A stretch of 64,000 nt of DNA from Balanoglossus misakiensis (lineage: Eukaryota > Animalia > Hemichordata), in contig CM082584.2 of assembly GCA_040954595.2 (NCBI GenBank), positions 9,567,061 to 9,631,060 of the forward strand, read 5' to 3'. A model generated the notes under the pieces. The model had not been told where the DNA came from. It saw nothing but the letters and a program-made list of their open reading frames with translations, and made no database searches. How positions within the stretch are numbered: the stretch's first letter is position 1; each line of letters opens with the position of its first letter. The position numbers and the translations under genes are program-made. This document shows, piece after piece, positions 1 through 11,700 of this stretch.

Positions 1-1
1 C

Positions 2-148
2 GCCTGTGACCGACAAATGGTTGAGTCCATCCCTTTTGGTGCCAGGAAGAACTGGACCTCTCCACTTACTCGCGGGGAGAGGCTAGAGTATTGTAGTCAG
101 AAGAACATTTTCCCGAATTCCCTTCACTTACAGAGAGTTTTGTTCTAA
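2..148 (+). CDS. Possible 3' end of a plus-strand gene entering the window (unidentified)
   Basis: 48 open codons ACDRQMVESIPFGARKNWTSPLTRGERLEYCSQKNIFPNSLHLQRVLF* with higher GC, then an abrupt shift to AT-rich UTR-like sequence; no homology recognised. Confidence 0.3.
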   Translation, partial: ACDRQMVESIPFGARKNWTSPLTRGERLEYCSQKNIFPNSLHLQRVLF

Positions 149-2358
149 ACTGTATCTATTATCTATGTATTGAACTTCATAAATTATTTATATTAAGATA
201 TATTTTTCTAGTGTACAGAGTAGAGGACAAACTAAGAGAAGAGAAGCTTTTTTTTTCAGTTGATGATTTTCGGAAGATGTTAAATAATGATTTAAAAGAT
301 TCCGTGTTTTTATTTTCTGTTGGAATGTATTTCAGAGAATGAGCTTTGCATCGGTTGGCAAGTACATTTGTGCTTGTTTCTGCAAGATTGTAACCTTTGA
401 CCCTAATCAACATTTAGACTTTGTGGAGTTAGTTACAAATGTTATATTTCCTGGTCTGGACACAAAAAATCAAGACTTTGGCGTCAATTTTCTGGACCTT
501 CATGTGCTATTTTATGTTTCTAAGAATTTTTTCATGGGCATGAAAAGTCTTCTGAACTAAAATCATCTCGTGATACAAATTAGCGGTCCTCGCATGGTAT
601 ACTGTCCAAGTGGCTGCCGTGAGAACAACTCTGTATAAGGGCATTAGTAAAAAGAAAAAGAGAAACTTTGTCATCTCAAATCAAATTTTTATTTCGGTCT
701 CCAACCCCTCTGTACATGGGTTTACTCCCAGGTAATGCAAATTTTGATGAATGTCCTAAATGGTATCTACAATTCCGTATAGAACTGTAAGGATGTACCT
801 GACTTAACGCTGTTTTTTGGTTTTCGAACTTCCAAGTATTCTCAGATGCAGCTGGTTAACTTGTACAGTGGGCCAGTATACCCCTCAACTCCCCCCCCCC
901 TCCTTCAGTTGTCAAAAAAAACCTCGCACCCAAGTTACTAGTAACTCAGAGGCATTCAGTTTATTATTAAGCAGGGCCAGTCACTATCATTTTACCAGGG
1001 AGGGCCCTGATTATGTCTGTGTGGATTCATTGTTCGAGTTCCCCCTCCAACAATAACATACGACCATACCTGATTCACATTCAGGAGTTGGGGATTCTGC
1101 ATGATGTAGAATTCACACTCATGAAAATACCTGTAAACGCATCAAATGTGATCATTTTATGTGAGTGTCTTCCGTATCAATTGAGAGGCATACTTATTTT
1201 TTATCCCCAGCAATTTGTGATGTCCTTTATTAAAAAGTTCCTTTTTATTTTTTAGTTGGACATGTCTGTTTTAAACGTTATATCAAAATGTGAAGAAAAT
1301 CTTGTGTTCTTTGTATGATCATGTAAATTAAAAAAAGTTATACGTTAAGGAATGTGCAGAAAATCAAACCACAAATCTACAAACTATTCTGTATTAAGAA
1401 AGCCACTACAAGTTGTAATTATAAGTTTTAAAAATCAAAAATAAACAATGACAATGATATAAGCAGAAGTCTTGTGTCAATAAATTGCATGCTTGCAGAG
1501 TAACTGAGTATGATGGCTTAGTGACGATTGATTGGGGAGAAGTGTGAAAAAAAAATTGGTCTGTCCCATAGTTCCATTGTTGGCATGTTTTCTTTCTGTA
1601 TGTATGTGTGTGTTTGTTTTCCTAATATATTTATGCAGTGGGGAGTATTTCATTGAATACACCCATCAATAAAAACAGACAGACAAAAAAAGTGTCGATC
1701 GTCAACGAAACCGTGGAGCTGGACAAAGACGTGCAAATCCCGAGGATTTTGTGAAAAACAAATGTATTTGGAAAATGGTCGCTGAGGGCGCTTTAGGAGA
1801 AACGTACATGTAAGTATCGGCGTAAGTATGTGGTCTTTCAAATGCATGCATACACGTATGGGATCCAGACTGGCGTGTTTTTCCGCCAGGCTCCACTAAA
1901 TTACTCACATTTTCCTGGCTGAAGTAACATTGATTTGTTTTATTTTAGCAGTTGCCATGCCTTTTCTGATTGCAAGTCCCTGATTGGCTGTTTACTTGCA
2001 TGTACGGCTGTCAATTAGCATACATATGCAAATCATTATCTGTCAACTTTTAATCATGGCGTCAAATCATGCCAAAAGATAGCGACTTACTAGAAGTTCT
2101 TTTATGGGAAATCTCGACATTAGCACTGTTGTTTCTGCACAAGAAAACTATGAAAATGACTCAAAATTGCAGTTATTTCCTTGTGAATAATTTTCTCGCA
2201 AAGAATCATTCCTTGTATTCTGAAATAGAAAATCAATTTTGTTCAGCTGTCACCAACTTTAAGACAAGGAAGATAGCTCGGCTGAGCTCTATTTACACCA
2301 TGTATACAAACAAAAATGACTTTCGTTCGGAAATAATGTCGATTTTCGATAGCCTGCT

Positions 2359-2401
2359 CTGTCTGTCTGTCTGTCTATCTATATGTCTGTCTATCTGTCT
2401 G
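2359..2401. repeat. Imperfect (TCTG/TCTA)n microsatellite just 3' of the arylsulfatase stop codon
   Basis: tctgtctgtctgtctgtctatctatatgtctgtctatctgtctg. Confidence 0.85.
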
Positions 2402-2461
2402 ATGGTTCGTCAACTTGAAAGTAGTGTCAACTTGTTCACTGCGGAGCATAAGAAGTGTACG

Positions 2462-2721
2462 TTATAGCCAAGGAGTCCAAGACATGTTAAAATGCAACGG
2501 ATCAGCTGCAAGGAGATCGGGCTTTAATTCTGGCGGCAACACAGCTGTGCTATTGTGGTAACTGAGTCTGTTCAGCAGTCTGTAGACAACGTCTGGGCGA
2601 CGGGAGGCCAGGTTATGCCTCTCTTCGGGGTCGGCCATGATGTGAAACAAAACAACGATGCCATCGTTCCTTTCTTCCGTGCTGTGACCTTTTTCGGACG
2701 GTGTGGTCCACCTGGCGTCAC
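2462..2721 (-). CDS. ARSB: Arylsulfatase terminal exon 7, 21.3 kb downstream of exon 6
   Basis: Acceptor CACAG|GT completes the Gly codon begun by exon 6; DARWTTP...[15 protein letters not shown]...WTPWL* resembles the ARSB C-terminus. Confidence 0.88.
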
Positions 2722-5700
2722 CTGTGTGTACAGTGTGTACATGGTGTTAGAAATTTGTACTCAGGCAGGCGAGCGAAAACAGAACGAAAGTAATGCTCGT
2801 CTAAAACTCTATTAAATTTTACCCAGATCATGACCAAATTTTGAAAATTCGCAAAGTCGAAAAATCGTCGATTTTTGAACATTTTCATGAGCTATAACCA
2901 ATGATTTTTTCCAAAAAATGACCAAATTTTGACTTTGCGGAATTTCAAAATTTGGCCGATTTTTGAAAAAATCATGGGTTATAGCTCATGAAAATCATCC
3001 AAAAATGAGAATTTTTCGACTTTGCGGAATTTCAAAATTTGGCCGATTTTTGAAAAAATCATGGGTTATAGCTCATGAAAATCATCCCAAAATGAGAATT
3101 TTTCGACTTTGCGGAATTTCAAAATTTGGCCGATTTTTGAAAAAATCATGGGTTATAGCTCATGAAAATCATCCAAAAATGAGAATTTTTCGACTTTGCG
3201 GAATTTCAAAATTTGGCCGATTTTTGAAAAAATCATGGGTTATAGCTCATGAAAATCACTCAAAAATGAGAATTTTTCGACTTTGCGGAATTTCAAAATT
3301 TGGCCGATTTTTGAAAAAATCATGGGTTATAGTTCATGAAAATCACTCAAAAATGAGAATTTTTCGACTTTGCGGAATTTCAAAATTTGGCCGATTTTTG
3401 AAAAAATCATGGGTTATATAGCTCATGAAAATCATCCAAAAATGAGAATTTTTCGACTTTGCGGAATTTCAAAATTTGGCCGATTTTTGAAAAAATCATG
3501 GGTTATATAGCTCATGAAAATCATCCAAAAATGAGAATTTTTCGACTTTGCGGAATTTCAAAATTTGGCCGATTTTTGAAAAAATCATGGGTTATAGCTC
3601 ATGAAAATCATCCAAAAATGAGAATTTTTCGACCTTGCGGAATTTCAAAATTTGGCCGATTTTTGAAAAAATCATGGGTTATAGCTCATGAAAATCATCC
3701 AAAAATGAGAATTTTTCGACTTTGCGGAATTTCAAAATTTGGCCGATTTTTGAAAAAATCATGGGTTATAGCTCATGAAAATCATCCAAAAATGAGAATT
3801 TTTCGACTTTGCGGAATTTCAAAATTTGGCCGATTTTTGAAAAATCATGGGTTATAGCTCATGAAAATCATCCAAAAATGAGAATTTTTCGACTTTGCGG
3901 AATTTCAAAATTTGGCCGATTTTTGAAAAAATCATGGGTTATAGCTCATGAAAATCATCCAAAAATGAGAATTTTTCGACTTTGCGGAATTTCAAAATTT
4001 GGCCGATTTTTGAAAAAATCATGGGTTATAGCTCATGAAAATCATCCAAAAATGAGAATTTTTCGACTTTGCGGAATTTCAAAATTTGGCCGATTTTTGA
4101 AAAAATCATGGGTTATAGCTCATGAAAATCATCCAAAAATGAGAATTTTTCGACTTTGCGGAATTTCAAAATTTAGCCGATTTTTGAAAAAATCATGGGT
4201 TATAGCTCATGAAAATCATCCAAAAATGAGAATTTTTCGACTTTGCGGAATTTCAAAATTTGGCCGATTTTTGAAAAAATCATGGGTTATAGCTCATGAA
4301 AATCATCCAAAAATGAGAATTTTTCGACTTTGCGGAATTTCAAAATTTGGCCGATTTTTGAAAAAATCATGGGTTATAGCTCATGAAAATCATCCAAAAA
4401 TGAGAATTTTTCGACTTTGCGGAATTTCAAAATTTGGCCGATTTTTGAAAAAATCATGGGTTATAGCTCATGAAAATCATCCAAAAATGAGAATTTTTCG
4501 ACTTTGCGGAATTTCAAAATTTGGCCGATTTTTGAAAAAATCATGGGTTATATAGCTCATGAAAATCATCCAAAAATGAGAATTTTTCGACTTTGCGGAA
4601 TTTCAAAATTTGGCCGATTTTTGAAAAAATCATGGGTTATAGCTCATGAAAATCATCCAAAAATGAGAATTTTTCGACTTTGCGGAATTTCAAAATTTGG
4701 CCGATTTTTGAAAAAATCATGGGTTATAGCTCATGAAAATCATCCAAAAATGAGAATTTTTCGACTTTGCGGAATTTCAAAATTTGGCCGATTTTTGAAA
4801 AAATCATGGGTTATAGCTCATGAAAATCATCCAAAAATGAGAATTTTTCGACTTTGCGGAATTTCAAAATTTGGCCGATTTTTGAAAAAATCATGGGTTA
4901 TAGCTCATGAAAATCATCCAAAAATGAGAATTTTTCGACTTTGCGGAATTTCAAAATTTGGCCGATTTTTGAAAAAATCATGGGTTATAGCTCATGAAAA
5001 TCATCCAAAAATGAGAATTTTTCGACTTTGCGGAATTTCAAAATTTGGCCGATTTTTGAAAAAATCATGGGTTATAGCTCATGAAAATCATCCAAAAATG
5101 AGAATTTTTCGACTTTGCGGAATTTCAAAATTTAGCCGATTTTTGAAAAAATCATGGGTTATAGCTCATGAAAATCATCCAAAAATGAGAATTTTCGACT
5201 TTGCGGAATTTCAAAATTTGGCCGATTTTTGAAAAAATCATGGGTTATAGCTCATGAAAATCATCCAAAAATGAGAATTTTTTCGACTTTGCGGAATTTC
5301 AAAATTTGGCCGATTTTTGAAAAAATCATGGGTTATAGCTCATGAAAATCATCCAAAAATGAGAATTTTTCGACTTTGCGGAATTTCAAAATTTGGCCGA
5401 TTTTTGAAAAATCATGGGTTATAGCTCATGAAAATCATCCAAAAATGAGAATTTTTCGACTTTGCGGAATTTCAAAATTTGGCCGATTTTTGAAAAAATC
5501 ATGGGTTATATAGCTCATGAAAATCATCCAAAAATGAGAATTTTTCGACTTTGCGGAATTTCAAAATTTGGCCGATTTTTGAAAAAATCATGGGTTATAG
5601 CTCATGAAAATCATCCAAAAATGAGAATTTTTCGACTTTGCGGAATTTCAAAATTTGGCCGATTTTTGAAAAAATCATGGGTTATAGCTCATGAAAATCA

Positions 5701-8700
5701 TCCAAAAATGAGAATTTTTCGACTTTGCGGAATTTCAAAATTTGGCCGATTTTTGAAAAAATCATGGGTTATAGCTCATGAAAATCATCCCAAAATGAGA
5801 ATTTTTCGACTTTGCGGAATTTCAAAATTTGGCCGATTTTTGAAAAAATCATGGGTTATAGCTCATGAAAATCATCCCAAAATGAGAATTTTTCGACTTT
5901 GCGGAATTTCAAAATTTGGCCGATTTTTGAAAAAATCATGGGTTATAGCTCATGAAAATCATCCAAAAATGAGAATTTTTCGACTTTGCGGAATTTCAAA
6001 ATTTGGCCGATTTTTGAAAAAATCATGGGTTATAGCTCATGAAAATCATCCCAAAATGAGAATTTTTCGACTTTGCGGAATTTCAAAATTTGGCCGATTT
6101 TTGAAAAAATCATGGGTTATAGCTCATGAAAATCATCCCAAAATGAGAATTTTTCGACTTTGCGGAATTTCAAATTTGGCCGATTTTTGAAAAAATCATG
6201 GGTTATAGCTCATGAAAATCATCCCAAAATGAGAATTTTTCGACTTTGCGGAATTTCAAAATTTGGCCGATTTTTGAAAAAATCATGGGTTATAGCTCAT
6301 GAAAATCATCCCAAAATGAGAATTTTTCGACTTTGCGGAATTTCAAAATTTGGCCGATTTTTGAAAAAATCATGGGTTATAGCTCATGAAAATCATCCAA
6401 AAAAGAGAATTTTTCGACTTTGCGGAATTTCAAAATATGGCCGATTTTTGAAAAAATCATGGGTTATAGCTCATGAAAAATCATCCAAAAATGAGAATTT
6501 TTCGACTGTGCGGAATTTCAAAATTGGCCGATTTTTGAAAAAATCATGGGTTATAGCTCATGAAAATCATCCAAAAATGAGAATTTTTCGACTGTGCGGA
6601 ATTTCAAAATTTGGCCGATTTTTGAAAAAATCATGGGTTATAGCTCATGAAAATCATCCAAAAATGAGAATTTTTCGACTGTGCGGAATTTCAAAATTTG
6701 GCCGATTTTTGAAAAAATCATGGGTTATAGCTCATGAAAATCATCCAAAAATGAGAATTTTTCGACTGTGCGGAATTTCAAAATTTGGCCGATTTTTGAA
6801 AAATCATGGGTTATAGCTCATGAAAATCATCCAAAAATGAGAATTTTTCGACTGTGCGGAATTTCAAAATTTGGCCGATTTTTGAAAAAATCATGGGTTA
6901 TAGCTCATGAAAATCATCCAAAAATGAGAATTTTTCGACTGTGCGGAATTTCAAAATTTGGCCGATTTTTGAAAAAATCATGGGTTATAGCTCATGAAAA
7001 TCATCCAAAAATGAGAATTTTTCGACTTTGCGGAATTTCAAAATTTGGCCGATTTTTGAAAAAATCATGGGTTATAGCTCATGAAAATCATCCAAAAATG
7101 AGAATTTTTCGACTTTGCGGAATTTCAAAAATTGGCCGATTTTTGAAAAAATCATGGGTTATAGCTCATGAAAATCATCCCAAAATGAGAATTTTTCGAC
7201 TTTGCGGAATTTCAAAATTTGGCCGATTTTTGAAAAAATCATGGGTTATAGCTCATGAAAATCATCCCAAAATGAGAATTTTTCGACTTTGCGGAATTTC
7301 AAAATTTGGCCGATTTTTGAAAAAATCATGGGTTATAGCTCATGAAAATCATCCCAAAATGAGAATTTTTCGACTTTGCGGAATTTCAAAATTTGGCCGA
7401 TTTTTGAAAAAATCATGGGTTATAGCTCATGAAAATCATCCCAAAATGAGAATTTTTCGACTTTGCGGAATTTCAAAATTTGGCCGATTTTTGAAAAAAT
7501 CATGGGTTATAGCTCATGAAAATCATCCCAAAATGAGAATTTTTCGACTTTGCGGAATTTCAAAATTTGGCCGATTTTTGAAAAAATCATGGGTTATAGC
7601 TCATGAAAATCATCCCAAAATGAGAATTTTTCGACTTTGCGGAATTTCAAAATTTGGCCGATTTTTGAAAAAATCATGGGTTATAGCTCATGAAAATCAT
7701 CCAAAAAAGAGAATTTTTCGACTTTGCGGAATTTCAAAATATGGCCGATTTTTGAAAAAATCATGGGTTATAGCTCATGAAAATCATCCAAAAATGAGAA
7801 TTTTTCGACTGTGCGGAATTTCAAAATTTGGCCGATTTTTGAAAAAATCATGGGTTATAGCTCATGAAAATCATCCAAAAATGAGAATTTTCGACTGTGC
7901 GGAATTTCAAAATTTGGCCGATTTTTGAAAAAATCATGGGTTATAGCTCATGAAAATCATCCAAAAATGAGAATTTTTCGACTGTGCGGAATTTCAAAAT
8001 TTGGCCGATTTTTGAAAAAATCATGGGTTATAGCTCATGAAAATCATCCAAAAATGAGAATTTTTCGACTGTGCGGAATTTCAAAATTTGGCCGATTTTT
8101 GAAAAAATCATGGGTTATAGCTCATGAAAATCATCCAAAAATGAGAATTTTTCGACTGTGCGGAATTTCAAAATTTGGCCGATTTTGAAAAAATCATGGG
8201 TTATAGCTCATGAAAATCATCCAAAAATGAGAATTTTTCGACTGTGCGGAATTTCAAAATTTGGCCGATTTTTGAAAAAATCATGGGTTATAGCTCATGA
8301 AAATCATCCAAAAATGAGAATTTTTCGACTTTGCGGAATTTCAAAATTTGGCCGATTTTTGAAAAAATCATGGGTTATAGCTCATGAAAATCATCCAACA
8401 ATGAGAATTTTTCGACTTTGCGGAATTTCAAAATTTGGCCGATTTTTGAAAAAATCATGGGTTATAGCTCATGAAAATCATCCAAAAATGAGAATTTTTC
8501 GACTTTGCGGAATTTCAAAATTTGGCCGATTTTTGAAAAAATCATGGGTTATAGCTCATGAAAATCATCCAAAAATGAGAATTTTTCGACTGTGCGGAAT
8601 TTCAAAATTTGGCCGATTTTTGAAAAAATCATGGGTTATAGCTCATGAAAATCATCCAAAAATGAGAATTTTTCGACTTTGCGGAATTTCAAAATTTGGC

Positions 8701-11700
8701 CGATTTTTGAAAAAATCATGGGTTATAGCTCATGAAAATCATCCAAAAATGAGAATTTTTCGACTTTGCGGAATTTCAAAATTTGGCCGATTTTTGAAAA
8801 AATCATGGGTTATAGCTCATGAAAATCATCCAAAAATGAGAATTTTTCGACTTTGCGGAATTTCAAAATTTGGCCGATTTTGAAAAAATCATGGGTTATA
8901 GCTCATGAAAATCATCCAAAAATGAGAATTTTTCGACTTTGCGGAATTCAAAATTTGGCCGATTTTTGAAAAAATCATGGGTTATAGCTCATGAAAATCA
9001 TCCAAAAATGAGAATTTTTCGACTTTGCGGAATTTCAAAATTTGGCCGATTTTTGAAAAAATCATGGGTTATAGCTTATGAAAATCACTCAAAAATGAGA
9101 ATTTTTCGACTTTGCGGAATTTCAAAATTTGGCCGATTTTTGAAAAAATCATGGGTTATAGCTCATGAAAATCATCCAAAAATGAGAATTTTTCGACTTT
9201 GCGGAATTTCAAAACTTGGCCGATTTTGAAAAAATCATGGGTTATAGCTCATGAAAATCATCCCAAAATGAGAATTTTTCGACTTTGCGGAATTTCAAAT
9301 TTGGCCGATTTTTGAAAAAATCATGGGTTATAGCTCATGAAAATCATCCAAAAATGAGAATTTTTCGACTTTGCGGAATTTCAAAATTTGGCCGATTTTT
9401 GAAAAAATCATGGGTTATAGCTCATGAAAATCATCCCAAAATGAGAATTTTTCGACTTTGCGGAATTTCAAAATTTGGCCGATTTTTGAAAAAATCATGG
9501 GTTATAGCTCATGAAAATCATCCAAAAATGAGAATTTTTCGACTTTGCGGAATTTCAAAATTTGGCCGATTTTTGAAAAAATCATGGGTTATAGCTCATG
9601 AAAATCATCCAAAAATGAGAATTTTTCGACTTTGCGGAATTTCAAAATTTGGCCGATTTTTGAAAAAATCATGGGTTATAGCTTATGAAAATCACTCAAA
9701 AATGAGAATTTTTCGACTTTGCGGAATTTCAAAATTTGGCCGATTTTTGAAAAAATCATGGGTTATAGCTCATGAAAATCATCCAAAAAATGAGAATTTT
9801 TCGACTTTGCGGAATTTCAAAACTTGGCCGATTTTTGAAAAAATCATGGGTTATAGCTCATGAAAATCATCCCAAAATGAGAATTTTTCGACTTTGCGGA
9901 ATTTCAAAATTTGGCCGATTTTTGAAAAAATCATGGGTTATAGCTCATGAAAATCATCCCAAAATGAGAATTTTTCGACTTTGCGGAATTTCAAAATTTG
10001 GCCGATTTTTGAAAAAATCATGGGTTATAGCTCATGAAAATCATCCCAAAATGAGAATTTTTCGACTTTGCGGAATTTCAAAATTTGGCCGATTTTTGAA
10101 AAAATCATGGGTTATAGCTCATGAAAATCATCCAAAAATGAGAATTTTTCGACTTTGCGGAATTTCAAAATTTGGCCGATTTTTGAAAAAATCATGGGTT
10201 ATAGCTCATGAAAATCATCCAAAAATGAGAATTTTTCGACTTTGCGGAATTTCAAAATTTGGCCGATTTTTGAAAAAATCATGGGTTATAGCTCATGAAA
10301 ATCATCCAAAAATGAGAATTTTTCGACTTTGCGGAATTTCAAAATTTGGCCGATTTTTGAAAAAATCATGGGTTATAGCTCATGAAAATCATCCAAAAAT
10401 GAGAATTTTTCGACTTTGCGGAATTTCAAAATATGGCCGATTTTTGAAAAAATCATGGGTTATAGCTCATGGAAATCATCCAAAAATGAGAATTTTTCGA
10501 CTGTGCGGAATTTCAAAATTTGGCCGATTTTTGAAAAAATCATGGGTTATAGCTCATGAAAATCATCCAAAAATGAGAATTTTTCGACTGTGCGGAATTT
10601 CAAAATTTGGCCGATTTTTGAAAAAATCATGGGTTATAGCTCATGAAAATCATCCAAAAATGAGAATTTTTCGACTTTGCGGAATTTCAAAATTTGGCCG
10701 ATTTTTGAAAAAATCATGGGTTATAGCTCATGAAAATCATCCAAAAATGAGAATTTTTCGACTGTGCGGAATTTCAAAATTTGGCCGATTTTTGAAAAAA
10801 TCATGGGTTATAGCTCATGAAAATCATCCAAAAATGAGAATTTTTCGACTGTGCGGAATTTCAAAATTTGGCCGATTTTTGAAAAAATCATGGGTTATAG
10901 CTCATGAAAATCATCCAAAAATGAGAATTTTTCGACTGTGCGGAATTTCAAAATTTGGCCGATTTTTGAAAAATCATGGGTTATAGCTCATGAAAATCAT
11001 CCAAAAATGAGAATTTTTCGACTTTGCGGAATTTCAAAATTTGGCCGATTTTTGAAAAAATCATGGGTTATAGCTCATGAAAATCATCCAAAAATGAGAA
11101 TTTTTCGACTTTGCGGAATTTCAAAATTTGGCCGATTTTTGAAAAAATCATGGGTTATAGCTCATGAAAATCATCCAAAAATGAGAATTTTTCGACTTTG
11201 CGGAATTTCAAAATTTGGCCGATTTTTGAAAAAAATCCATGGGTTATAGCTCATGAAAATCATCCAAAAATGAGAATTTTTCGACTTTGCGGAATTTCAA
11301 AATTTGGCCGATTTTTGAAAAAATCATGGGTTATAGCTCATGAAAATCATCCAAAAATGAGAATTTTTCGACTTTGCGGAATTTCAAAATTTGGCCGATT
11401 TTTGAAAAAATCATGGGTTTTAGCTCATGAAAATCATCCAAAAATGAGAATTTTTCGACTTTGCGGAATTTCAAAATTTGGCCGATTTTTGAAAAAATCA
11501 TGGGTTATAGCTCATGAAAATCATCCAAAAAATGAGAATTTTTCGACTTTGCGGAATTTCAAAATTTGGCCGATTTTGAAAAAATCATGGGTTATAGCTC
11601 ATGAAAATCATCCAAAAATGAGAATTTTTCGACTTTGCGGAATTTCAAAATTTGGCCGATTTTTGAAAAAATCATGGGTTATAGCTCATGAAAATCATCC

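Noticed and set aside
3014-3030. CENP-B box in the monomer (TTTCGACTTTGCGGAA)
   Set aside because: TTCG and CGG are present, but the spacing is one base short, the central A is missing and CGGG is CGGA; it does not match NTTCGNNNNANNCGGGN.
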